The notes beneath the pieces were generated by a model that was not told where the DNA came from, searched no databases, and saw only the letters and a list, made by a program, of their open reading frames with translations. The translations under genes were made by a program, and so were the position numbers. Below, piece after piece: positions 40,060-50,436 of a stretch of 64,000 bases of DNA. Location of the stretch: the NCBI GenBank assembly GCA_965220965.1, contig OZ244852.1, positions 2,656,001 through 2,720,000 on the forward strand. The letters are read 5' to 3'. The DNA is from Candidatus Marinacidobacterium sp. GTDB lineage: Bacteria; Acidobacteriota; Vicinamibacteria; Marinacidobacterales; Marinacidobacteraceae. How positions within the stretch are numbered: the first letter of the stretch is position 1; every line of letters starts with the position of its first letter.

Positions 40060-41610
40060 ATGCACGCCCTGCTCGACCGTCTCGGCCTCGGCGACGGCGC
40101 CCCCGGCGCCTGCCACGGACCGGAGTCCTGGATCCTCACCGACGAGGCCCCGCTGGTCTCGACGAACCCCGCCACCGGCGAGCCGATCGCCTCGGTCATT
40201 CCGGCCGACCCCGCCACCGCCGACCAGGTGGTGGCCGCGGCGCGCGACGCCTTCGTCTCGTTCCGCGAGCTGCCCGCCCCGAAACGGGGCGATCTGGTCC
40301 GCGACCTGGGGAACGCGCTCCGCGAGGACAAGGAGCCGCTCGGGGACCTGATCTCGCTCGAGGCGGGGAAGATCCGGGCCGAAGGACACGGCGAAGTCCA
40401 GGAGATGATCGACATCTGCGACTTCGCGGTGGGTCTGTCGCGCCAGCTCTATGGCCTCACGATGGCGTCCGAGCGTCCCGGCCACCGGATGTTCGAGCAG
40501 TGGCACCCGCTCGGCCCCATCGGCGTGATCACCGCGTTCAACTTCCCGATGGCGGTCTGGTCCTGGAACGCCGCGATCGCCGCGGTGTGCGGCGACCCGG
40601 TCGTGTGGAAGCCGTCGGAGCACACCCCGCTCTGCGCGATGGCGGTCCAGAACATCGCGAACCGGGTTCTCGACGACCACCGGCTCTCCGGCGTCTTCAA
40701 CCTCGTCGTGGGGGGCGGCGCGGTCGGGGCGGCGCTCGCGTCGGACCGTCGGCTGCCCCTCGTTTCCTTCACCGGCTCGACCCGCACCGGACGGCGGGTC
40801 GCCGTCGAGGTCGCCGGGCGACTCGGGCGGTGCCTTCTCGAGCTCGGCGGCAACAACGCCGTCGTGGTCACCAAGAACGCCGATCTCGACCTTGCGGTCC
40901 GGGCGATCCTGTTCGGCTCGGTGGGGACCACCGGACAGCGCTGCACCACGACGCGCCGCGTCCTCGCCGACCGCGAGATCGCCGGGGCGCTGACCGAGCG
41001 TCTGCGGGCGGCGTACGCCCAGGTCCCGATCGGAGACCCCCTCGATCCCGCGACCCTCGTCGGACCGCTGATCGGCGAGTCCGCGGTCGAGGCGATGGAG
41101 GAGGCGCTCCGCCGCGCGGTAGCCGAGGGCGGAACCGTCGTCTGCGGCGGGGGGCGGCGGCCCGACATCGGGCCGAACCATGTGGATCCCGCCGTCGTCC
41201 GGATGCCCGCCCAGACCGGGCTGGTCGCCGAGGAGACCTTCGCGCCGATCCTCTACGTGCTCGAAACGGACTCGCTCGAGCAGGCCATCGGCCTCCACAA
41301 CGATGTGCCGCAGGGCCTGTCCTCCGCCATCTTCACCGACAGCCTGCGCGAGGCCGAGACGTTCCTCTCGAGTCGGGGCTCCGACTGCGGGATCGCGAAC
41401 GTGAACATCGGCACCTCGGGCGCCGAGATCGGGGGCGCCTTCGGCGGCGAAAAGGACACCGGGGGCGGGCGCGAGTCGGGCTCTGACGCCTGGAAGGCCT
41501 ACATGCGCCGCCAGACGAACACCGTGAACTGGTCGCGCGATCTGCCGCTCGCCCAGGGGATCGAGTTCGGGCCGTCGCCCGGGACCGGAACACAGGGAGA
41601 AGCAGGATGA
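40060..41610 (+). CDS. Aldehyde dehydrogenase, ALDH7 / piperideine-6-carboxylate dehydrogenase-like
   Basis: GEVQEMIDICDFAVGLSRQLYG, ELGGNNA, GQRCTT, GRESGSDAWKAYMRRQT. Confidence 0.93.
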   Translation: MHALLDRLGLGDGAPGACHGPESWILTDEAPLVSTNPATGEPIASVIPADPATADQVVAAARDAFVSFRELPAPKRGDLVRDLGNALREDKEPLGDLISLEAGKIRAEGHGEVQEMIDICDFAVGLSRQLYGLTMASERPGHRMFEQWHPLGPIGVITAFNFPMAVWSWNAAIAAVCGDPVVWKPSEHTPLCAMAVQNIANRVLDDHRLSGVFNLVVGGGAVGAALASDRRLPLVSFTGSTRTGRRVAVEVAGRLGRCLLELGGNNAVVVTKNADLDLAVRAILFGSVGTTGQRCTTTRRVLADREIAGALTERLRAAYAQVPIGDPLDPATLVGPLIGESAVEAMEEALRRAVAEGGTVVCGGGRRPDIGPNHVDPAVVRMPAQTGLVAEETFAPILYVLETDSLEQAIGLHNDVPQGLSSAIFTDSLREAETFLSSRGSDCGIANVNIGTSGAEIGGAFGGEKDTGGGRESGSDAWKAYMRRQTNTVNWSRDLPLAQGIEFGPSPGTGTQGEAG

Positions 41611-42374
41611 CGAACGCGTGGAGGAGCGCCCCTTTCGGCGCCATGGTCGCCGGGCTGCTTGCGGTCGGCTGTCAGGGCGGCGTACCGGCGGGCGGAGAGG
41701 TCGCCGGGCCCTCCGCCGCCGAGTCGCTGATCGAGCGCTCCATCGCTTACCACGATCCCGGCGGAAGGTGGGACACCGCGGAGATCCGGCTGCGGATCGC
41801 CGAATCGCGGCCCGGCGGGGAGACGCGGACGACGGAGATCCTCATGGCGCCCGGAGCGGGGACGATGAGCGTCCAGCGGGAGACCGCGGCCGGAGCGATG
41901 GCGTTCGAGGTCGCCGGAGAAGAGGTCCGGTCGTCGTCGGCGCCTCCGGACCCGGAGGCCGGCGACGGGGCATCCGCCGGACCGGGGCTCGACGACGCGC
42001 AGGTCCTGCGCCTCCGGAACTACTACCTCTACCTGTGGGGTCTTCCGATGAAGCTGCGGGACCCGGGGACGATCGTGGCGCCCACCCCCGAGCCCGAGGT
42101 CTACGACGGTCGGCAGACGCTTCGGGTTCGGGTGACCTACGACCCCGAGGTCGGCGGAGACACCTGGTACTTCTATTTCGACCCGGAGAGCGCCCGTCTC
42201 CTCGGGTATCGCTTCTACCACGACGAGGCGGCGAACGACGGCGAGTACATCCACCTGAGCGGAGAGATCGAAGGCGGCGGACTCCGGCTGCCCGCCCGCC
42301 GGGAGTGGTTCACCCACCAGGGAGACGAGTTCCTCGGCGCGGACGAAGCGGTCTCGCTCTCGGTTTCCGGCTGA
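41607..42374 (+). CDS. Hypothetical lipoprotein (DUF6503-like)
   Basis: Lipobox LAVGC; SIAYHDP, RNYYLYLWGLPMKLRDPG; family name recalled, not searched. Confidence 0.7.
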   Translation: MTNAWRSAPFGAMVAGLLAVGCQGGVPAGGEVAGPSAAESLIERSIAYHDPGGRWDTAEIRLRIAESRPGGETRTTEILMAPGAGTMSVQRETAAGAMAFEVAGEEVRSSSAPPDPEAGDGASAGPGLDDAQVLRLRNYYLYLWGLPMKLRDPGTIVAPTPEPEVYDGRQTLRVRVTYDPEVGGDTWYFYFDPESARLLGYRFYHDEAANDGEYIHLSGEIEGGGLRLPARREWFTHQGDEFLGADEAVSLSVSG

Positions 42375-42394
42375 TCGGTCATCCGGGGAGCGCG

Positions 42395-43903
42395 ATGCTC
42401 GCGCCGACTCTCGCGCTCGGCCTCCTGCTCCCGGCGCCGGGGCTCCTCCAGGAGCGGACGGCGCGCCCCGCCGAGATCGAAGCGCGATCGTTGATCGAGG
42501 CGCAGGATTTCGCCGGAGCGCTCGAAGCGCTGGAGGGGGCCGTCGCGGCGTCCGGCGCGCCCGCCGAACTCCATCGACTGCTGGCCGAGGCGCACGTCGG
42601 GCGCCTCGACTATCCGGCCGCCGTCGCCGCGCTCGCCCTGGCGCCCCGGGACGCGCCAACTCTGCGGCTCGAGGCGCGTCTGCTGGCGATGCTCGGCCGG
42701 GATGACGAGGCGCGGCGAAGCCTCGAGGAACTCCAGGCCCTCGCCGACAGGGACCGGGCGGCGGATCTGGAAGTCGTCTCGCAGTTGCGGCAATCCGGCC
42801 TGGTCGAGGAGGCGGGACGGCTCCTTGGTTCGCCGGCGCCGGACGAGCCGCTGGCCGCAAGGCTCGAGCGGGGACGGCTCCACGCGGCGCGCGGCGACTG
42901 CGAGGGCGCAGCGCCCTTTCTCGAGGCGGCGGCCACCGCCTCGGAGGCGCCCGCCGGCGCCGCCTCCGAGTTGGGGCGATGTCTGGCGCGCCTCGGCCGC
43001 CGCGCCGACGCCGCGCCCTGGCTGCGGCGCGCCATGGCGGAGGACCCGTCGGACCGGGCGGCCCGCTTCCGGCTCGGGCAGCTCCTGCTCCAGGACGAGG
43101 ATCCGGACCGGGTCTTCGAAGGACAGCGACTCCTCACCGGGTACGAGGCGGACCGCCTCCGCGAACGGCGGCGCGCGCTCCTTTTCGCCGCCGTCCTCGG
43201 CGCGGCGCCCGGGAACGGGCCGGCCGACGCGTCGCTCGGCGCCGGGATGGACGCCGCCGACCCCGCCATCTGGGTCCAGCTTCTCGGGCTGTTGCTCGAC
43301 CGGGCGGACGCCGATGCCGGCGAGCGCGCCGAGGCCGCCCGCATCCTCGCCGCCGCTTCGGCCCGCTTCGGGGACGATCCCGCGCTCCGGATCGCCCGCG
43401 CCCGTCTGCGCCTTGCCGAGGGGCGGCCGGCGGCTGCCGTGGAGGCGCTCTCCGGGCTCATCCCCACCGACGGGACGTCGCTTCGGGGGGCGTCGCTCAG
43501 CGCCGCCCGCTGGCTTGGCGAGGCGCACCTCCGTAACGGTGCGCCGGGTGAGGCGGCGGACCTCCTGGCGCGGGTTCTCGCCACCCTGGGTGAGGGCGCT
43601 TCGCCCCGGATCCGGTCGGCCGCCGCCACCGCCTTCGCCATGAGCGGCGATCCGGATCGCGCGCTCGCCGAGTTCGACCGGGTTCTCGCGGCGGCCGCCG
43701 GAGTCGCGCGGGCCGGGCCGCTGACCGACAGCGCGTTCGTCCTCGAGATGCTGGGGCGCGGCGGCGAGGCCGAGATCCGCTATCGCGAGGCCCTCGTCAC
43801 CGACCCCTCCCACGCCCCCGCCCGGGAGGCTCTCGCCGATCTCCTCCGCCGCACCGGGCGCGCCGACGAAGCCGCCGCGCTCCTTCGACCGCGCGGCGGC
43901 TGA
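42395..43903 (+). CDS. Exported TPR-repeat protein
   Basis: ATG 42395 after GGAG; signal peptide; Ala/Leu-rich TPR-like helices. Confidence 0.75.
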   Translation: MLAPTLALGLLLPAPGLLQERTARPAEIEARSLIEAQDFAGALEALEGAVAASGAPAELHRLLAEAHVGRLDYPAAVAALALAPRDAPTLRLEARLLAMLGRDDEARRSLEELQALADRDRAADLEVVSQLRQSGLVEEAGRLLGSPAPDEPLAARLERGRLHAARGDCEGAAPFLEAAATASEAPAGAASELGRCLARLGRRADAAPWLRRAMAEDPSDRAARFRLGQLLLQDEDPDRVFEGQRLLTGYEADRLRERRRALLFAAVLGAAPGNGPADASLGAGMDAADPAIWVQLLGLLLDRADADAGERAEAARILAAASARFGDDPALRIARARLRLAEGRPAAAVEALSGLIPTDGTSLRGASLSAARWLGEAHLRNGAPGEAADLLARVLATLGEGASPRIRSAAATAFAMSGDPDRALAEFDRVLAAAAGVARAGPLTDSAFVLEMLGRGGEAEIRYREALVTDPSHAPAREALADLLRRTGRADEAAALLRPRGG

Positions 43904-43915
43904 GCCGACGCGTTC

Positions 43916-45277
43916 TCAGGGGTCGGTCGCCGGGGCGCGGGCCGTCGCGAGAAGGGCGTTCAGCTCGGTCCAGCGCTCGCGGGCCACCACGAGCGCCCGC
44001 GCGTCGTCCTCCCGCAGCGCGTGGACCGGGCCCGACGAGCGAACCGTCAGGCGCACCGTCTCCGAGGTCGCGGCGCCGCCGTCTTCGGCCTCGGTGACGG
44101 TGAGCGTCCAGCGGTCGCCCTCGGAGGGGAGCCCGGCGTCCGCCACCGCCTCGGCGTCCGTCGAGTTCAGGGCGTAGAGGAAGTCGTCGACGGCCGTCCC
44201 GTCCACTGTCACCGGGTCGGCGGTCTCCTCTTCCAGGGTCCACTCCCGCCTCTCCTCCCCGTCGCTCCGGAGGAACGCGAGGGCCTCCCCGGGAGCTTCG
44301 ATCCTGACCTCGAGAGCGCGGAACGCGGCGAACCGGAACACCCGGAGCGAACGGACTCCGGCGAGCCCGTCGCGGACCGCCGCTTCCAGATCGTCGAACA
44401 GCGCGTCGGCGACGACCGCGACGTCTCCCTCGCCCGCCCGGACGAAGACCCCGGGCGGCGAATCGCTCCGGTCGCCGAACCGGAGGGTCACCGAGGTCGG
44501 CGTTTCCTCGGTTCCGGTGACCAGATCCAGCTCCGCGGTGAGCCGCGGCGCGCCGAAGCCGGCGTCGCTGTCCGGGTCTTCGGACCGGGGCCCCAGCATC
44601 CGCGCGTCGAGCACCTGGTCGGCGAGGGTGGCGGCCTCGAAGGGGTCGGCGAGGAAGCGGAACGGCTGGAGGATCCGCCAGACGCCGTCCTCGCGCGCGA
44701 GCTCCACGGTCTCCCCGTCCGAACCCAGGCTGAGACGGCGGGCGGCGGGGGAGTCGAGGCGGAAGAGACGCTTGTCCCGGAAGTCCCAGGCGGCGCGGTC
44801 GAAATTGTCCCGGGCGAAGGCCGGGACCACGAGGACCGCGTCCCCGGAGCGGAGGTAGCGGTTGCCGGGCGCGGGGGTCTCCTGACCGAAGCCGACTTGC
44901 TGCGCGCCCTCGGCCGCCTCGATCTCGACGCTCAGCCCGGGCGGAGCGAGTCCGAAGCGAGCGAGGTCGTCGCCCGCCGGGAGCTCCCGTTCGGAACGCA
45001 GCGACTCGATGTTCTGCAGCAGGAGGTCGACCTCCGAAGCGTCCGCGGGGACCGGAGGCCCCTCGCCCTCGGCGACGACCCAGCCCCCGTCAGCGCGGGT
45101 GAGCCGCACCGTCGGCGCGTCCGGTCGCGCGATCGAGGCGGCGAGGACCTCGTCCGCCGCGACGTCGAAGACCGGCGTCCCCTCGGCTTCGGAGTCGGGC
45201 TCGCCGCGCTCGAACAGCAGGATCCAGCCGAGGACGAGGAGCGCCGCCGCCAGCGCAACGAGGGTGCTGCGTCGCAA
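43916..45277 (-). CDS. DUF4340-type membrane-anchored protein (Gld-like ABC system accessory)
   Basis: N-terminal TM; repeated LARFGL..P / FRDKRLF / W-helix units; downstream of GldG-like gene. Confidence 0.8.
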   Translation of the reverse strand: MRRSTLVALAAALLVLGWILLFERGEPDSEAEGTPVFDVAADEVLAASIARPDAPTVRLTRADGGWVVAEGEGPPVPADASEVDLLLQNIESLRSERELPAGDDLARFGLAPPGLSVEIEAAEGAQQVGFGQETPAPGNRYLRSGDAVLVVPAFARDNFDRAAWDFRDKRLFRLDSPAARRLSLGSDGETVELAREDGVWRILQPFRFLADPFEAATLADQVLDARMLGPRSEDPDSDAGFGAPRLTAELDLVTGTEETPTSVTLRFGDRSDSPPGVFVRAGEGDVAVVADALFDDLEAAVRDGLAGVRSLRVFRFAAFRALEVRIEAPGEALAFLRSDGEERREWTLEEETADPVTVDGTAVDDFLYALNSTDAEAVADAGLPSEGDRWTLTVTEAEDGGAATSETVRLTVRSSGPVHALREDDARALVVARERWTELNALLATARAPATDP

Positions 45278-45284
45278 CCGCCTG

Positions 45285-46811
45285 CTACCTGCGCGACCAC
45301 CAGACCGCGATGCCCCAGACCAGCCAGAAGCCGGGCAGGAACACCAGGCTGAACAGCACGGTGTTCCGCACCTGCGCCGCGGTCATCGTGATCCGCCGGT
45401 CTCCCGGGTCGCGCGGGCGGATCGCGATCAGGTCCTCGTCCTCCGCGAGCCAGTTCACCATGTTGAGGAAGAGGTCGGCGTTGCCGAGCGGCGCCAGCGC
45501 CAGGTTGTTGCCGACGAAGTCGGAGTCGCCGACGATCACCAGTCGGCCTTCGGGCCCGTCCGCCGCTCCCCCATCCGGGTCGCCGGCGCCCAACGCGTCG
45601 GCCTCGCCGACGGCGTCCACGGGCTCGGCCTCGGCCTCCTCGCTCTCGCCCGGAGGACGGACGGTGACGGCGACGGCCAGCGTCAACGGGCCGGCGCGGT
45701 CCTCATCGTCCGGAATGACCTCGCCGCTCTCGAGCTCCTCGCCGTTGCGCTCCCCCCAGCTCGCCTCGGAACTCAGCACGAGCTCGTGGACCTGGATCCC
45801 TTCGGGACGGTCCTCGAACTCCACCGGGATGAGGCTCTGCGCGAGCGGGAACACGGTGGCCGCCGTCTCGAAGCCGCGCGTAATGGCGTGGAATCCGTAG
45901 GAGGCGGCGAGCGGGACCTCGATCCCGAACCCGAAGAGCTGGCCCACCCCGCTCGCATCGAGGACGACATCGCCCGCCGGCGGCGCCCCGAACTCGCTGG
46001 CCAGGTCCAGCAGCGCCACGCGGTTGTCCTCGAGGTCCGGCGGATCCGGAGGATCCAGCAGCAGCATGACCTTGCCGCCGGAGCGGACATGGTCCGCGAG
46101 CGCCTCGGCCTCCGCCGGGAGCAGATCCAGCCGCGGACCGGCGACGATCACGACGGCGGCGTCCTCCGGGAGCGCGACCGCCCCCGCCTCGACCGAGGCG
46201 AGGAGCTGGAGTTCATCGACCTCGTAGTTGGATTCCTCGAGGCGCGACCGGATCGCGGAGAGCCCGCCGGCGCCGGTCTCCTCGAGTGACGGCTCCTGGT
46301 GGCCGCTCGTGAAGTAGACCTTCTTCGTTTCTCCCTTGAGCAGGCGCACGATGGCGTTCGTGATGTCCTGTTCCTGCGGGGCGGCGACCCTTTCCTGACG
46401 GTCGCCGGCTTCCACCACGACCGTCCCGAAGGGGATCCCGGCCTCCGCGGTCGCCTGGTATCGCCGGGCCCGGACCGGCTCCGCCTCGGGGTCGATCACT
46501 TCCCAGGCGATCCGGTCGCTGGCGTCGGCGTAGGACTCGAACAGCTCGATCGTCGGGCCGGCGGCGCGGGGTTGATCGAGGACGACGAGCCGGATCTCGC
46601 GGTCCAGGTCTCCCAGGATCCCGAGCGTCTGCGGCGCGAGGCTGTAGATCCCCTCGCGGGTCGTGTCCCAGGACGCGTTCCGGCGGTTCCCGACGTAGTT
46701 CACTCCGACGACGACCGCGAGCAGGAGAAGCGCGGTGGCGCCCAGATTCGCCCCCTCGCGGGCGTTTCGCCCGGAGAGCGCGGTTCGCAGCCGCCCGAAG
46801 AGACGCCTCAC
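45285..46811 (-). CDS. GldG-like ABC transporter auxiliary component
   Basis: WDTTREGIYSLAPQT, VYFTSGHQE, RLVIVGDSDF, NADLFLNMVNWL; GTGA overlap gives start 46811. Confidence 0.88.
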   Translation of the reverse strand: MRRLFGRLRTALSGRNAREGANLGATALLLLAVVVGVNYVGNRRNASWDTTREGIYSLAPQTLGILGDLDREIRLVVLDQPRAAGPTIELFESYADASDRIAWEVIDPEAEPVRARRYQATAEAGIPFGTVVVEAGDRQERVAAPQEQDITNAIVRLLKGETKKVYFTSGHQEPSLEETGAGGLSAIRSRLEESNYEVDELQLLASVEAGAVALPEDAAVVIVAGPRLDLLPAEAEALADHVRSGGKVMLLLDPPDPPDLEDNRVALLDLASEFGAPPAGDVVLDASGVGQLFGFGIEVPLAASYGFHAITRGFETAATVFPLAQSLIPVEFEDRPEGIQVHELVLSSEASWGERNGEELESGEVIPDDEDRAGPLTLAVAVTVRPPGESEEAEAEPVDAVGEADALGAGDPDGGAADGPEGRLVIVGDSDFVGNNLALAPLGNADLFLNMVNWLAEDEDLIAIRPRDPGDRRITMTAAQVRNTVLFSLVFLPGFWLVWGIAVWWSRR

Positions 46812-47578
46812 CCGCGCCACCGGCGGGACCGGATCGACTCCCGCGTGAGGAACAGCCAGAACCCGGCGAAGGTCAGGTAGAACACGATGTCGCGCGTTGC
46901 GATCACGCCGCGGGCGAAGTCCGACATGTGCCCGGTCACCGACACGTAGGCCAGCGCCGCCCGCGCCCCGCCGCCCCCCTGGTCGGCGAACTCGACCAGC
47001 CAGAGGACGAGGAGCGCGCCGAGGCTCAGCAACCCGGCGACGATCTGGCTGCGGGTGAGGCTGGAGAAGAAGAGCCCGAGCGCGAGGACCGCGGCGCCGA
47101 ACAGCGTCAGTCCGAGATAGGCGGCGAGCACCGGGCCCGGGTCCGGCTGGCTGAACCAGAACAGGACGGCCAGATGGAACAGGGTGAACCCCAGCATGAC
47201 CAGATAGAGCGCGAACGCGCCCAGGAACTTGCCGAGGACGATCTGGGTGTCGGTCACCGGCGCGGTGAGGAGGAGCTCGAGGGTTCCTGCGCGGACCTCC
47301 TCGGAAATCGCCCGCATCGAGAGCAGCGGGGCGAAGAACAGCACGAGGATCGCGGCGCTCGCCAGCAGCCAGCGGATCAGGTCGTGGTTCACGTGGAGGT
47401 CGCCGCCGGAGAATCCGCCCATCTGCGCCGTGCGCATCCCGGCCTCCACGAAGTTCGCGAGGAAGTCGCTGAAGAAGTAGCCGAACAGGAAGGCGAACAC
47501 CCCGAAGAGCACGAACGCCACCGGCGAGGCGAGCGCCGCGGTGAAGTCGCGGCGCGCGATCGTGAGCGCGTTCCTCAC
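46808..47578 (-). CDS. ABC-2 type permease (GldF-like)
   Basis: GTG 47578; SMRAISEEVRAGTLELLLTAPV; about six TMs. Confidence 0.9.
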   Translation of the reverse strand: MRNALTIARRDFTAALASPVAFVLFGVFAFLFGYFFSDFLANFVEAGMRTAQMGGFSGGDLHVNHDLIRWLLASAAILVLFFAPLLSMRAISEEVRAGTLELLLTAPVTDTQIVLGKFLGAFALYLVMLGFTLFHLAVLFWFSQPDPGPVLAAYLGLTLFGAAVLALGLFFSSLTRSQIVAGLLSLGALLVLWLVEFADQGGGGARAALAYVSVTGHMSDFARGVIATRDIVFYLTFAGFWLFLTRESIRSRRWRG

Positions 47579-48555
47579 GCTTCCGGCGCCTCCTCGGTGG
47601 TGAGCTCGAGGAAGATCTCCTCGAGACTGGCCTCCGCGCGCCGCAGTCCGAGGAGCGGGAACCCGCCGTCCAGCAGCGCCCGCGCCAGGTCGGAGCGCCG
47701 GTCGACGCCCGCCGTCTCGACGCGGAGCAGCCGGCCGCCCTCGGCGGTTGCTGCGCCGGTGGTCACCGCCAGGACTCCCGGAACCGCTTCGAGCGCGGCG
47801 CGCGCGGCGTCCAGCCGATCCTCCGAACCGGGATCCGGGGTCTCGAGCTCGACGACCGCGCCGCCCTCGCGCGCCGCCCCCATCCGGGAGGCGAGCGCCT
47901 CGGGAGCGTCTTCGGCGCGCAGGCGGCCCCGGCTGATGATCACGACCCGGTCGCAGGTCACTTCCACCTCGGGCAGGATGTGGGTCGACAGCACGACGGT
48001 CCGCTCGCCCGCGAGCTCCCGGATGAGGCGCCGGGTCTCGTGGATCTGTTTCGGGTCGAGCCCGGCGGTGGGTTCGTCGAGGACCAGAACCGCGGGGTCG
48101 TGGACCAGCGCCTGAGCGAGTCCGACGCGCTGCCGGTAGCCGCGGCTCAGCCGCCCGATGATCCACTCCCGGACATCTCCGAGCGCGCACCGCTCGACCG
48201 CCCGGTCCACCGAGGCGCGGATCGCGCTTCGGGGCGTCCCCCGGAGCCGCGCCGCGAACCGGAGGTAACCCTCGACGTCCATCTCCGGATAGAGCGGCGG
48301 GGTCTCCGGCAGGTAGCCGATCTGGCGCCGGGCGGAGACCGGGGCCTCGGAGAGGTCCTCGCCGCCGATCAGGACCCGTCCGGAGCTCGGCGGCATGAAG
48401 CCGGTGAGGACCCGCATCGTGGTGGTCTTTCCGGCCCCGTTGGGACCGAGGAAGCCCAGCACCTGGCCCCTGGGAACGGTGAAGCTGAGATCCGCGACGG
48501 CGAGGTGCGCGCCGTACCGCCGGGACACCCGGTCCACGACGATGACGGGATCCAC
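47575..48555 (-). CDS. ABC transporter ATP-binding protein (GldA-like)
   Basis: GPNGAGKTT, LSRGYRQRVG, DEPTAGLDP; likely GTG at 48555. Confidence 0.93.
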   Translation of the reverse strand: MDPVIVVDRVSRRYGAHLAVADLSFTVPRGQVLGFLGPNGAGKTTTMRVLTGFMPPSSGRVLIGGEDLSEAPVSARRQIGYLPETPPLYPEMDVEGYLRFAARLRGTPRSAIRASVDRAVERCALGDVREWIIGRLSRGYRQRVGLAQALVHDPAVLVLDEPTAGLDPKQIHETRRLIRELAGERTVVLSTHILPEVEVTCDRVVIISRGRLRAEDAPEALASRMGAAREGGAVVELETPDPGSEDRLDAARAALEAVPGVLAVTTGAATAEGGRLLRVETAGVDRRSDLARALLDGGFPLLGLRRAEASLEEIFLELTTEEAPEA

Positions 48556-48654
48556 GGAGTGTCGGAGAGCCTGATTCCTGCCGCGCGCGCCGGCGTGCTG
48601 CGAGTCCACCGGGCGGCCAGCCAGTCTATACTCGGTGGAAGCTCGCCCCGAACC

Positions 48655-49272
48655 ATGTGGATCCGTCGTTCCTTCGTGTCAGGGCTCGCGCTCTCCGCCG
48701 CCCTCGGGGCCGCGGCGTTCGGAACCGTCGCCTGCACCGACCAGGCCGCGAACGCGGTGGCGGCGCGGCTCGAGTTGACGGACCTGGTCGCCTACTGGGC
48801 GGTCCGCGGCCGGGACTCCGAGGGGAACAACTACATCCGGCCGACGGTGCGGTTCCGGGTCCGGAACACGAACGCCGAGCCGGTGGAGTACATCCAGGTC
48901 ATGAGCGTGTTCCGTCGCGAGTCGGCGCCGGAGGAGGCGTGGGGCACCGGGTACATCCACTCGGTCCACGAGGCGCCGCTGGCGCCCGAGGAGGAGAGCC
49001 CCGAGCACACGCTGCGCGCCGACTCGAACTACCTTTCGCAGGGCTCCCCGGAACGCATGTTCGAGAACGCCCTCTGGGAGGATGTCGAGGTCGAGCTCTT
49101 CGTCCGCGTCGGGGCCTCGAGCTGGGTGACCCGCGGGAAGACCGTGGCGCTGCGCCGCCTCGGTCCGCCGGGCGTCGAGAAGTACCTCGAACCCATCGAG
49201 GACGAGCCGATCTACCACGAAGCCGGTCGGGAGCCGGAGACGCCCCCGGGCCCCGGCGACGGGTCGCGGTAG
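48655..49272 (+). CDS. Hypothetical lipoprotein
   Basis: ATG 48655; RRSF then hydrophobic stretch and VAC lipobox; TATACT upstream. Confidence 0.7.
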   Translation: MWIRRSFVSGLALSAALGAAAFGTVACTDQAANAVAARLELTDLVAYWAVRGRDSEGNNYIRPTVRFRVRNTNAEPVEYIQVMSVFRRESAPEEAWGTGYIHSVHEAPLAPEEESPEHTLRADSNYLSQGSPERMFENALWEDVEVELFVRVGASSWVTRGKTVALRRLGPPGVEKYLEPIEDEPIYHEAGREPETPPGPGDGSR

Positions 49273-49287
49273 CCGGCCTCGCCGCGT

Positions 49288-50436
49288 TCAGCGGCAGCGG
49301 CGGGCGTGGTCGTTGACCACGAACCGGTCCGTCATCCCCGAGATGTAGTCCGCGACGACGCGTTCGCGGGACGACGGGCCGATGCGCCGCCGGAAGTGCG
49401 GGGGCAGATCGTCGGGGTGTTCCAGGTAGTGCCCGAAGAGGTCGGGGAAGAGCCGCGTCCCGGCGGCGGCCGCCGCGACGACGCGCGGATGGCGGTAGAG
49501 CTTCTCGTGAAGGACGGTCTTCAGCTCCTGCAGTTCGCGTTCGCGCGCCGGCGGAATCGCTGCGAGCGGTTCCCCGCCAGCCCCTGAGGACGCGCGCCGG
49601 TCGGCGCCCGCCGTCTCGGCGCCGGAGGCCTCGATCCGGCGTCCGGTCTCCTGGATGAGGGCCGAGGCGAGGTCGCCGATCACCCCGCGCAGCAGGCTGC
49701 GCACCGCAACCCGCCGGCCGTCGCGGTCGAGCGCCCGGTCGCCGGGCCAGTGGCGGCGAAACAGCGCGGCCGCCTCGAGGTCCCCGACGTGGATGAGTCG
49801 CGACGCGAGCCCGTCCTCCATGTCGTGCGCGCTGTACGCGATCTCGTCGGCGAGGTCGGCGAGCTGGGCCTCGATCGGCGGCGAGGCGAAGCCGGCCAGA
49901 TCGTCCGGGGGATCGGTTCGGCGGCTGGAGTGCAGGAAGATGCCGAGGCGGGTCTCGCGGGTCAGGTTCAGTCCGGCGAACGCCGGGTAGGCGCGCTCCA
50001 GTTCGTCCACGATCCGGTAGGACTGGAGGTTGTGCTCGAACCCTCCGTGGTCCGCCATCAGGTCGTCGAGGATCTCTTCCCCGGCGTGGCCGAAGGGCGT
50101 GTGGCCGAGGTCGTGGGCGAGCGCCACCGCCTCGGTGAGGTCCTCGTTCAGCCGAAGCGCGCGGGCCGCGGTGCGCGCGATCTGGGCGACCTCGAGCGTG
50201 TGGGTGAGGCGGGTGCGGAAATGGTCGCCTTCGTGGTTGATGAAGACCTGGGTTTTGTACTGGAGCCGGCGGAACGCGCTCGAGTGGATGATCCGGTCCC
50301 GGTCGCGCTGGAAGTCGGTCCGGGCGGGGTCCGGCGGCTCGGGGTGACGCCGGCCTCCCGATCGGGCGGCGAAGCTCGCCGCCGGCCTCAGGCGGCGGAC
50401 TTCCTCGTCGTGGAAGAACGCGCGCGTCGGGGTCAA
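49288..50436 (-). CDS. dgt: dGTP triphosphohydrolase-like HD protein
   Basis: RDRDRIIHSSAFRRLQYKTQVF, RTRLTHTLEV, HDLGHTPFGHAGE, DYISGMTD. Confidence 0.93.
   Translation of the reverse strand: MTPTRAFFHDEEVRRLRPAASFAARSGGRRHPEPPDPARTDFQRDRDRIIHSSAFRRLQYKTQVFINHEGDHFRTRLTHTLEVAQIARTAARALRLNEDLTEAVALAHDLGHTPFGHAGEEILDDLMADHGGFEHNLQSYRIVDELERAYPAFAGLNLTRETRLGIFLHSSRRTDPPDDLAGFASPPIEAQLADLADEIAYSAHDMEDGLASRLIHVGDLEAAALFRRHWPGDRALDRDGRRVAVRSLLRGVIGDLASALIQETGRRIEASGAETAGADRRASSGAGGEPLAAIPPARERELQELKTVLHEKLYRHPRVVAAAAAGTRLFPDLFGHYLEHPDDLPPHFRRRIGPSSRERVVADYISGMTDRFVVNDHARRCR

Noticed and set aside
43916-48555. Gld-like cluster as evidence of gliding motility
   Set aside because: GldA/F/G-like ABC-2 systems with DUF4340 are widespread in non-gliding bacteria; no T9SS genes here
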